Below are positions 12,387 to 22,580 of a stretch of DNA of 32,655 bases, piece by piece (positions within the stretch are counted from its first letter, which is position 1; each line of letters starts with the position of its first letter). The notes beneath the pieces were generated by a model. It worked only from the letters and a program-made list of their open reading frames with translations. It searched no databases and was not told the DNA's origin. A program made the position numbers and the translations under genes. The stretch spans positions 1 to 32,655 of the forward strand of contig JAVECL010000253.1 of the NCBI GenBank assembly GCA_051942245.1. Direction: 5' to 3'. This DNA comes from Trypethelium eluteriae. Its lineage: Eukaryota.

Positions 12387-13139
12387 AGATGGTTTCGCAA
12401 TTCTTCCTCGATTGCTGGGTCCTGCCATAGCTTGCTGTTTGTATTATCAATCATCTCGATCCGCTGTTCATTTGTGGTAATTGGCCGCAGCAGTACGTCA
12501 ATCGACTGCTCGAAGAGGGTATGTTGGTTCCGAAGCTCTCTCCTCATGCGGTTTAGCACCTCATGATATTTCCAAAAGGCTCTCGTCGAGCTGATGGTTT
12601 CCTCGTAGTGCTCAATTGCTGAGATCACAAGTGGGATGGCGGCGAGCACAAGGCCGGCAATCTCGATGCCAGACATTTTGTGTCAGTAAAGTTGGCGTCG
12701 CGTTGCCGTGATTGAAGGACGAAAATGTGGGCTCGTCTCGCTCTCTTGACTGCGCCGCGAAGCTGAGAGTCTGTTTGTCTCGATTTGGCTCCAGCAAGGG
12801 TGTGCAGTGTACCAAGTAGATGTTCTGGAGTAGGCGGATGAAGGTGATATAGAAACGTTTGAACAAGTGAAGAAGTGCCGGAAAGCAGGATAGACGGCTC
12901 TGACGATCAGGGTGAACCATCTTCACCCACTTTAAAGGTTCGTAGGTGAAGACTTGGCTCATAGCCTATCAACGGTACGTGGGGGAGAAGGCAATGCCAG
13001 TGAGGAGGCCGATTCAGCCTCATGCCATGAGAACAAAGCCTGCAAAACATCATCTGAAGCTTTCCCCCGAGGCCGCATCGTTAACATTTTTTTTCGTCCT
13101 CGCATTTAGTATCGTTACTTATCTCTCACATCTGACTTA

Positions 13140-16100
13140 ATGGAGCAAGATCGAGGTTCTATCAGAGCAACCGCGCGAGCCTGCCTAGGCGGCTTTTCGA
13201 GCCTCTTTGATGCGATCAACCGAGCCACTGCTGAAAACTGCAAATCTATGCCTCCTGACAAGATCGAGAGGGAATTTGGCAGGTTCAAGATCTGGTGTGG
13301 AAACTTAGGCGCACTTCAGAGCGGCAATAGTTCGCTCGACTCGAGGCTCCGTGAGTCAACAGTATTGCGTATCAATATGCTGGAACACTTGGCCACTCTG
13401 GATCAGACTCTTATCAAGAGCGTAGAAGTTGTGTCTGGTGCACGATTGCCGCTAGAGAAGCAACCGAAACCGGAGGAGTGGAGTGATGGGTCTTCGTCAG
13501 AGGAAAGTGATGGTGATGACGAGCCACCGAAAGAGCTTATCCTGCACATGGTCACGATCAAGGAGATTCTTGACGACTTATATAAGTTCTCTCTCAGAAT
13601 TCGGAACATCTCGATACGATCATCGTCAAATTTGAGGCCAATGCTCTTTAAAGAGGTTGATCCTGAGACCGGTATAGATAAGTTCACCGCTTATACCGTG
13701 TTTGACAAGCGGCATGTAGAAGACTCGCTGCTTCAATTTCGTCGAGACGCTGCAGCGAAGATGAAGAAGAATGCTTTAGAGGTCGCCCAAATTACAGATG
13801 CGGATCAGTATCTTATCAGCCGTCTTGTCACCGCCATAAACATACGTCGTAAGACACTTCGGTATTGGCAACGTCATGCTCAAAAGCTCGTCGAATTGCC
13901 AAAAGACGCCAAAGAGGTCATCAAGCCACGACCACAGCCGGAACTCCGGGCAGCACAGGTTGAGGTAGATGTTGCGCCGGAAAAGCCGGAAAGGACTAGG
14001 CTTTCCGAGAATGAGGCTAACAGGTTCGATAAGCGACTTGATGACGGGCTGGAAACTGAATCCGTCATCTCCTATGCTTCAACAGCGGTTGACAGCTACC
14101 TCTATGGCAATGACGTCGATCTGCCTGCCCCACCAACTACGGCACTCAAAGAACCTGAGTTTTTGTGTCCATACTGTGGTATCATCTGCCCACTTCGCTA
14201 TGGTAAACATTCCACCTGGAGGGCACATATACTTCACGATCTCCAGCCGTATATCTGCACTTACCGCCAATGTAATGAGGAAAACCTCCTCTTCAGCAGC
14301 TCCACAACATGGCTCGAGCACGAACGGCTCGGCCACCGGCGAATATGGCAGTGTTTTGAGCATGCGGATCCTGAGTTTTCATCCAGAGCCGCTTTACAGG
14401 ATCATCTGCAATCCGAGCATGGCAACGACATTACGAAGACGCAAATCCTGAACCTAGTTGAAGTTTCCGGATCTACTATCGCAGAGACAAGAACTAGTTG
14501 TCCGTTCTGTTTTCTGGAAGCTCCATTCAACAAGAAATTCGAAGATCATGTGGCGTCTCATATGCAGGCTTTCGCGGTATATTCGCTGTCTCGAAATATT
14601 TCTGACCCAGAGGAGAACGATACGGGCAGCAACGAAAGTGAATTGGCTCGCACACAAGGGTTCGGATCTCTTGACTCCATTACGCGAGGACCTCTCCAAT
14701 TTGATAGCCATCCTCTGTCTAATGCAACGTCAGATGTTGATGGACAGGCATTTCGAAGTCCTTCATCATCCATCTGGAATGCGGGATCTCCCGTCGATGA
14801 TGGATTTGCAACTACTGCCTTCACCGTGAGGCAAGATTTAAAGCATCATGAAGAAATCATGCAGTGGCTTTCACCTGCAAACTTTCACGGCCAGTATCAC
14901 GATATCATCTCTCGAAGACAACCTGGCACTGCACAATGGTTTCTAGATTCTGAAGATTTTAACGAATGGCTACAAGGGTCCCACAAGATATTGTTCTGTC
15001 CTGGCATACCAGGTTCTGGCAAGACGGTAATCGCGGCAGTTGCGATTGAATATCTTTGCCAAACAACTCACAGTGATAATATCGGAGTTGCTTTTTTATT
15101 CTGTAATTGGAAGACGCAAGTTGATCAGAGTGTACCAGACCTTCTTGCTGCCATTGCAAAGCAGCTAGTGCAGAGTCGGCCGCATATCGCAGCTCCTGTG
15201 ACGGGTATCTACGACCGCCATTTAGAGCGAGGAACCAAACCCTCTCTTGACGAGCTTATGCAGGTCCTACTGTCTATATGTTCAAGCTACTCTACTGTGT
15301 ATGTTGTAGTAGACGCGCTGGATGAGTGCTCGAGCCAAGATAGAGTACAACGCCGACTCATCAATAAGCTATGCAGCCTCCAGGCCAGTAGAGATGTGCG
15401 CCTACTTTTCACGTCACGTTCTATTCCCAGGATAGTAGCAGAATTAAAACCGAATCATCTTACGCTTGAGGTACGAGCGAGCGAAGAAGACATAAAGCGC
15501 TATTTCATAGGTCAAATACCACGACTTCCAGACTCCATTCAGCACAATGAGTTCCTTTTATCTGATATGTTTACTGAAATCGTCAAAGCTGCCGATGGCA
15601 TGTAAGTGTTTTTGCACATATAGATGAACAGTTCTGATGCAATCTCAGGTTTCTTCTTGCGCGTCTTCATTTCGACTCGTTCCTTGACAAAAGAAACAAG
15701 CAACAAGTCCTATCCACCTTGGATAAGCTAATGAAGAAACCAGCAGAACTTGGAGAAGTGCATGACGAGGAAATCAAGCGAATCGATAGGCAACATGAAG
15801 AGGACCGATTGCTTGCGAGACGCACCCTTTGTTGGATAAGCTATGCGCAGAGACCGCTTGCGACAACAGAGCTATGTAATGCGCTAGCGATCATACCGGA
15901 TGATCAAGTGGTTGATGTTGATAATCCATACGACCTCAAGACAGAAGACATTATCTCCGTCTGTGCCGGACTTGTAACCGTCGATGATGAGGGAGGTATT
16001 ATCCATTTTACACATTACACCGCACGGGACTATCTTGAGCGTATACGACTAAACTGGAACCCAACTGCCCAGGAAGCAATAGCAGTGGCTTGTCTAACAT

Positions 16101-16855
16101 ACCTGTCATTTCACAGATTTAAAAGCGGCAGCTGTCCTAGCGATGAAAGTTTTAAGCAGAGGCGCGCCGAAAATCAATTCCTTGACTACTCAGCGCACCA
16201 CTGGAGCGAGCATGTGCGACCGGTGCAGCAGTCTGATCTCGTTTCCCAATTAGCGATCACCTTGCTTCGTTGTGATAAATTAGTGGACTCTGTCATTCAA
16301 GCTGCGTCGGTTCCAGTGTCTAAGTTTGACGGCCACAGCAAGGACTTTCCGAGCGGAACTAAGGGGCTGCATCTTACCGCTAGGTACGGACTCCAGCATC
16401 TGACACAACGACTTCTGGTGAGCAAGCTCGGAGACAGCAACATTGAAGTAGACCCCAGGGACAGCTATGATCGAACGCCAATGTCTTATGCTGCCGAGGG
16501 CGGCCACGAGACGGTCGTCAAGCTGCTGGTCGACGCGGGCGCGGACGTCAACGCAAAGGGTGGGTGGTACGGCAACGCGCTCCAGGCGGCATCATTGCAT
16601 GGCTACGAGGCGGTGGTGAAGCTGCTATTAGAGAAAGGCGCCGACGTCAACATACAGGGTGGAAAGTACGGCGACGCGCTCCAGGCGGGTTCACGTAATG
16701 GCCACGAGGTAGTGGTGAAACTGCTACTGGACGCGGGCGCCGACGTCAACGCGCAAGGCGGAGAACACAGCAACGCTCTTCAGGTGGCATCGTTGTGGGG
16801 CCACGAGGCGGTGGTGAAGCTGCTGCTGGACGCGGGTGCTGTAGGACAAGTCTAA
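13140..16855 (+). CDS. Fungal NLR-like STAND protein: N-terminal helical domain, C2H2 zinc fingers, NACHT NTPase, winged helix, ankyrin repeats; exons 13140-15601 and 15649-16855, ~1222 aa
   Basis: RFKIWCGNLGA...SSLDSRLRE; CPYC..HILHD, YICTYRQC..HERLGH, CFEH..HLQSEH, CPFC..HVASH; Walker A GIPGSGKT; Walker B VYVVVDALDEC. Intron 15602-15648 (GTAAGT...CTGAT...CAG) restores ADGMFLLARLH. GHEAVVKLLL ankyrin repeats. Confidence 0.92.
16502..16840 (+). repeat. 99-bp tandem ankyrin-coding repeats with high nucleotide similarity
   Basis: Units begin at 16502, 16601, 16700 and 16799 (GGCYACGAG...CTGCT...GACGTCAAC); GC-richer than the rest of the gene. Confidence 0.9.
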
Positions 16856-17979
16856 GCTCGCAGCCCCCTTTCCTACCGTCTGGACACGGTCTCGGAGATC
16901 TTATATTGCGGGAAAACACCACACTCTCAACAATGTTGGAACCCATGAACGCATTCAGCGCCCCGAGAAGCATGCAATGGCAATCAATAAACAACCGTAC
17001 AAGTCCTTAAGATCTTTTGCGAGCTTCTGTAGGACAGCAAGGATACTCTCGATCGATTCTTGCCGTCGTTGGCCAATATCATCTGTACAACCAGCATCCC
17101 TAGCGCTGCTATTATTCAATGACACTTACTGCATGTGGTCTGTGGGATTAGGAGACGCAGATCCTTAACTGGACCACTGTTGGATTCCAAGGCACCATTG
17201 TTCGCCCAATGGAACTCAATATGCTGCGGAAATACCGACAAAATGCATATCATAACATTTTATCCCATATGCCTCTGGAAGGCCACCTCTCAAATGCGCA
17301 ATCCACATGTCAGTGAAGACTTCAACCGTTCCGTGACGCCGGTACAAAAATACAATGACAGCCATCTTGGCAAGCATTTCAAGAGTGACCTCCTTCGGGA
17401 CGTCTCGTGTTTTCCCTTCGATTATATACATCAGGATGACTAGCGCATCCGCATCGACATCCTCTACTTTCACCTCCACGGCCCCATTGTTTCGGATAGT
17501 GTCCGCTTCGTTGCACTTCCCTTCAAGCATGTAGCTGTAGTGTGATGAAGCGAGAGTCAAGTGACGCGAAGAGACTCTTATCTGGACGAGAGCTTGATCG
17601 AAGGGCGCTGGAGGCTCGTCATCGGGCACTGGAGGCTCGTTGGAAGCCATCGGAGGCTAGTCGATGGCCGCTGGATCTCGTAAAGGGGCACTGGAGGCTT
17701 GTCAAGGGTCGGCAAAGGAGGAGGAAGTTCGAGCTGAAGCTCCGTGGACTCAGACTCCAGGCTCCCAGCCTCATTGTGCTTTCTCTTCTTCTTTCCTTTC
17801 TTTCGAAGTCACCAGCCGCTCGGAATCAAAGTGTCACCCACGAGTTCAAGTGATGAGAGATCAGGTAGATTCGACGAATTATCTTGTGTCTCATTCCAGA
17901 CAGCGAACGGAGGGCTTGGCGCTCGTAATTCTGGAAAGAGATCTCCTTTTGAGTCTAACTCATAGAACGTCGTAGCCAT
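16850..17979 (-). pseudogene. Degenerate fungal BTB/POZ-domain gene
   Basis: MATTFYELDSKGDL..PFAVW; IRVSSRHLTLASSHY; DADALVILMYIIEG..VPKEVTLEMLAKMAVIV; later CILSVF, LLIP, intron (GTAAGT...CAG ~17129-17083), RRQESIESIL, CMLLGAL. Lesions: TGA 17809-17811, frameshift ~17676, TAG 17657-17659, frameshifts ~17260 and ~16990. 3' limit approximate. Confidence 0.8.
17600..17703 (-). repeat. 21-bp degenerate tandem repeat (about 5 copies, D-E-P-P-V/A-P-x) inside the BTB pseudogene
   Basis: GACAAGCCTCCAGTGCCCCTT / TACGAG-ATCCAGCGGCCATC / GACTAGCCTCCGATGGCTTCC / AACGAGCCTCCAGTGCCCGAT / GACGAGCCTCCAGCGCCCTTC. Confidence 0.8.
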
Positions 17980-18866
17980 TTTGTGGGAACAAGACATCTT
18001 GGAAGTCAAATGAGGCTCGAAAGAGAGAGATATGTAGCTCCGGGTCATGTAGTTGCAACGATGTAATGCAGTCCTCTGAAGAATAGAGAGTCGGCTGTCG
18101 TCAGCCACCATCAAAGAGTAAGGTATAAGTTAAACGATCTGTTTGGAGAATGTCGCATGCTGTGCTACGTGGCAAGGTACCCTCACTACCGACTGATGGA
18201 CCACCTACGATCGCGATCTAGCTAATGGGCAATAAGCTGAAATAATGGAGATCAATTCGTCGTACCTACTGCACACTACCTACGGTCTCATGCCACCCTC
18301 CACCATCATACCATTCAAGGTGCCTGCAAACGCTATCCCACTATCCTCCCACCATACGTCTTCCCCACAACATACCATATCTACTTTCCCTAATCTCCCT
18401 CACTCCATTGCTTGCTCCTCACTCCTGTTCGCCCTGAAGTATCCATTTCGCCATCCAGTATCGTGTCCACAAAAGAAAATGTGCCGGAGCAAAAGAAGAA
18501 GAAGAAAAAAAAAAGGGTCGATTGCAAGGGTATGGCAGGCCTTTTGACAAAGAAGGAAGCTGCCCAGGTATCCATTGAAGAAGCATGAAGCAAAAAAAAG
18601 TCTAACTAAAAGTACATGAAAAGAAAAGAAGCGCCTGTACTAGGCAGTGTTGGAAGTCAGCAGGGTGTGGGTGAGTAGTGTCATGTGTGAGAAAAGAGAT
18701 GGTCATCATGGGTATGCCAATAGCTTTGGTGGTGTAGTACAGATGGGAGGTCGAAGGGGAGATAATAAACATCATGAACTTTTGTTGCAGCTTGCACTGC
18801 TGAGGGGGAAAAGCGCCAGCGTGAGTCCGTTGTCTTCAAAGACGAGGTTTGAGATGAGCATCAAGC

Positions 18867-21294
18867 TCAAGCCTCAGTTGAAGCCTCGCCCGCACCCTCG
18901 CCGTTGATCTCAGGGCCACTAGCGTCCTGACCCTCCTCCTTCTTCTTCTTCATGTATTCATCATACACCCTGAGTGCTTCATCGACCTTGCCACGGAGCA
19001 GGATGTCGTCACTCAGCCTGATACGGTATCATTAGCAACATTTCACAAGCGAAATGGCATAATACTCACAAGTTCATCAACTCTTCGTTGTCCATCTCTA
19101 GGAGCATACCAGTAATCTTTCCTGCCAGCTCAGGCTGCTGATCATGGATCTTCGGGTAAAGAGCCTCGCCAATCATCTGTTTCTGCTGAGTGCTAGGCGC
19201 GGAGTTCAGGGCTCCAAGGTCGATGCCACTCGGGCTTCCAGAGGGTCCACCGGGACCGCCCATCTGTCCAGGGATACCACGACCAGCACCCATTCCGGGC
19301 ATACTGGGCACCTGCCCGGGCCTTCCACCAGCGCCCATAGGCATCGATCCACCTCTACCGCCCTGCTGCTGCTGCTGCTGTTGCTGTTGTCCGAAACCAG
19401 CGCCGCCACGCATGGTAGGCAGCATGTTGGGTGGCATGGCACCGGGCATTCCAGGCATCATTGGTCCACCCCGTCCACCAGCGCCGCCGCGGCCCATAGC
19501 CGACGCGATCTGCATATAATTGGGGCTCCCGTAGGCTCCCGGGGGGAAACCACCAGCGGCCATATTGGGAGGGATGCCATACATGTTCTGTGGAATTTGT
19601 TGTGCGCCGGGACCGCCACGTCCGCCTTGCTGGGGTGGTACTCCCTGTGGGAATCCACGCCCGCCCTGGTTCGGCATCCCCTGTGGGAAAGGCATTCCAC
19701 GTGGTGGCTGCATGAATTGTTGTGTGCCGGGACCGAAGAACATCTGGGGTGGCATGAATTGTTGGTTCGGCATGCCCGCCGCAGCGGCTGCTTGCTGCAT
19801 GCGCACGGTGTTGCGAGCCTGAATGCTGGCTTCGAGCTGAGACTTGCGCACGTCCTTGCGTTGAGCGAGAGCGACATAGAGGGGTTTGCCGTGCACCATC
19901 TTTTGGTTCATCTCAGTGACTGCCTTGGTGGCTTCGTCAGGGTTGCTGAAGCAGACAAAACCAAAGCCTTTAGACTTGCCAAGGACACGCTTCTCGCCCT
20001 TGATGGTGACCTTGTCCATGTCCTTGGTCAGCTCTTCGATATCCTTCTCGTCTTTCTTGTTCTCCTTGTCTTTACCCTCCTGCTCGGCCTCTTCTTCGTT
20101 TTCTTCCTTTTGGCTTTCCTCCTTTTCAGAAGCAGCCCTGTCAATAGGAGTGGAGTCGCGCATGACCTTTGCCGAAGTGATGGTACCGAAAGCAGCAAAT
20201 ATCTCCCTCAATTTTTCATCGTCAATGTCGTCTTCCAAATTCTTGATATACAGGTTAACGCCCTGATATTTAGACTGCTTCTCGACGCGGGCGGCCTCGT
20301 ACTGCTTTCGTAGTTCCTCTTCGCGCTCGTGCTTCTTTTGGGCTCGACCAACATAAAGCTTCTGACCATGGAAATCTTTTTCGTGAAGCTCGTCGACAGC
20401 TCTAGCGGCGTCTTCGTGTCGCACATAGTTGACAAATCCAAAACCGCGAGATTTGCCAGTTTCCTGATCGTGCGCAAGAGAAGCCGAAGTGACTTCTCCA
20501 ATTCCCTCAAACAGCTTGGTGAAATCATCATCAGTAACTTCAGTGTCAACATTCTTGACATAGACATTGGTGAAATTGGCTTTCATTTCCTCGAATTTGC
20601 TCATACGGTCCTTTTTGGGGATGTGATGGCCGACAAACACCTTCTTTTCATTCAATAACATGCCGTTAACATGCTTGATAGCATTGTTGGCCGCTTCAGC
20701 GGTCTCGTAATGCACGAAGCCGTAGCCCTTTGAGTTTCCCAGCTCGTCTACAGCGACTTTGCAGCTGAGAATGTTTCCGAAAGCAGCGAAAGTATCATGT
20801 AGAGCCTTGTTGTCGATAGCACCATCCAAATTCTTGATAAAGACGTTGCCTTGGCCAGTCTTGCGCAGCGCAGGATCGCGCTGAGACCACATGATACGGC
20901 AAGGCTTGCCCTTGATCAAAGTATAATTCAGCTCCTCTAGAGCGCGCTCGCCATCAGCTGCGCTGTTGTAGTTAACATAGGCATAGCCGAGGGAACGACG
21001 AGTGACAGCGTCACGGCACACACGGATGGAAGCGACTTGACCGATGGAGGAAAACAGCTCGAAGAGCATGGCCTCAGTAACAGATGGGTCGAGCTCTCCC
21101 ACATAGAGAGAAGCAGAGTTCGAGTGAACGTTAGAGGGAGCGGCCGAGGTAGGCGTGGGGACCTCGTTACCCTCAGAAGCGGGAGCGTTGTTGGCGACAT
21201 TGGTGTTGACCGTAGTACCGTTGGCACCAGCAGCGTCAGGGCCGGGCGAGGTAGGCTTGGCCTCGGTGGCAGTGGTTGCAGCGAAGTCAGACAT
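18867..21294 (-). CDS. PAB1: Polyadenylate-binding protein; exons 21294-19070 and 19017-18867, ~791 aa
   Basis: Four RRMs ([39 protein letters not shown]), Pro/Gly/Gln/Met linker, MLLE domain ([10 protein letters not shown]). Intron 19069-19018 (GTGAGT...CTAAT...CAG). Confidence 0.97.
19363..19389 (-). repeat. CAG/CAA microsatellite encoding Q9 in the PAB1 linker
   Basis: ctgctgctgctgctgctgttgctgttg on the + strand. Confidence 0.85.
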
Positions 21295-21304
21295 GTCCAG
21301 AGTG

Positions 21305-21407
21305 CTGTGCGGTAAAGGCGTTAGCACATCGGACGAAGTAAACGGGGAGAACGGTGGAGGATCAAAAAGCTGCAGGAACAAAGCGCGTGGCTTCAGTGTG
21401 CTCTCAC
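21305..21407 (-). other. Probable 5'-UTR intron of PAB1
   Basis: Branch GCTAAC and acceptor CACAG 10 nt before the ATG; nearest good donor AG/GTGAGA at 21407 (donor less certain). Confidence 0.6.
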
Positions 21408-21625
21408 CTTCTGTTTCAGGAACAAAGAGCTGTAGTCCGGAAATTCGGTCAAGAGTTAGATTCGAGGATGGGCGGGTAAGAAGGCAGAGGTAAAGAGCTA
21501 GACTCGTCACCGGAGGATCGAGGGAGATCAGAAACAAGATTCGGTGACCTGAACGTGTCGTGTGCGCAGGCCAAAGTCCCAAGCGCAACCAGGAACGACA
21601 GTGACAGGATCGGTGTCGAAAGAGA

Positions 21626-21687
21626 TTCTTCTTTTTTTATCGATTTTCAAATTTTTTTTGTGCCGATGATAGACCGGGTCTTTTTTC
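21626..21687 (-). promoter_or_regulatory. A-rich tracts in the presumed PAB1 leader (candidate autoregulatory element)
   Basis: Sense strand reads ...AGAAAAAAGAC...CACAAAAAAAATTTGAAAATCGATAAAAAAAGAAGAA. Confidence 0.45.
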
Positions 21688-22580
21688 TGGATGTGGGAAA
21701 GAGGTCAGACGCGACAGTCTGTCCAAAGCTGGGTGTGAGTTGACGCTGGCAGGGTGAAAAAAGTAAACGGGGCAAAAATATTTTAAGGGCAACAGAAAAA
21801 GCTGGCAGCGGGGACCAGCATCGGCTCACGTGAATCCGTCACACCCTCAGTACCTTCCCACAATCTGTTCTGGTAACCTGGGTAGGTGCCTATGGTAGCA
21901 ACAGGCGCTACGAAAATGTTTGGTCTGGCCACGAGCCGCCCCTTCTCAGATCATGCGCCTACCCTCTTTGCTGTGCTCATCACCAAATCCTCCACGGTAG
22001 CGACCTCCCGACAACTGGCCACAGTCTCGACACGCCAACTTTGACAAGCCAAACCCAGTGATGGAAGCAGAGTTACCGGCTCCGAGGTGTTACAAAAGTA
22101 CTGATGCCAAGATCAATTCCAATAACTTACATGTGCATAATGATGCAGAGGCAGGTCAACTGTCCCAATTGGCTGAGCCTATCTGTAGACTACAAACATT
22201 CACTCTGCGGGTGTCAAACAAAGGCACCTGTTACAGGGCATGTTTTGATAGGATCAATCCAATAAAACCCATACAAATATCAATGCCTCGGAGCATCCCA
22301 CAAGGTTTCGGGTAGTGATTCCGGTATGTCTCAAATATTCAACACCCTGGATGTGACAGATATGAAGGAGGAAGAAGACGTCACAAGTAGTGATTTGCTC
22401 GATGTCGGGATTGCTCTAGATTCTAGACCTACATACCAAACAGAAATATTTACATGAGCGATCCTTCCCCATCTCCTCACCATTGTCCAAGTTTGCAATC
22501 TAAAACAGAATGGGTATCCAAAAAAGGCAGTCATCGAATGAAATAAAACCATGGTGCATCATCATCGTCATCGTCGTCAC

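Larger units (their letters stand above)
10601..12676 (-). pseudogene. HeLo-like N-terminal helical domain plus degenerate kinase-like C-terminal domain (DUF7580-like); ~587 aa when restored; interrupted by a solo LTR
   Basis: Starts MSGIEIAGLVLAAIPLVISAIEHY. Removing 12134-12386 restores ELRNHLDNAYQSYKETVSDIE. GC-AG intron 11479-11421 joins QSSR/SAVQV. C-terminal SSLLQLSHTPWL...WNKRDIIF...LGVMLLEIC...AISYCL. Joined length 1764 nt with no other lesion. Confidence 0.8.

Noticed and set aside
16502..17703. Tandem repeats as a CRISPR-like array
   Set aside because: Eukaryotic coding repeats (99 bp and 21 bp) with no repeat-spacer layout.
7313..18200. Accessory block as a Starship or other large mobile element
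   Set aside because: No tyrosine recombinase or transposase and no flanking repeats found.
19144..20313. 389-aa + ORF
   Set aside because: Antisense shadow of codon-biased PAB1.
21295..21588. 98-aa N-terminal extension of PAB1 in the ORF track
   Set aside because: TTG start; region holds UTR intron signals; the natural start is MSDFAAT at 21294.
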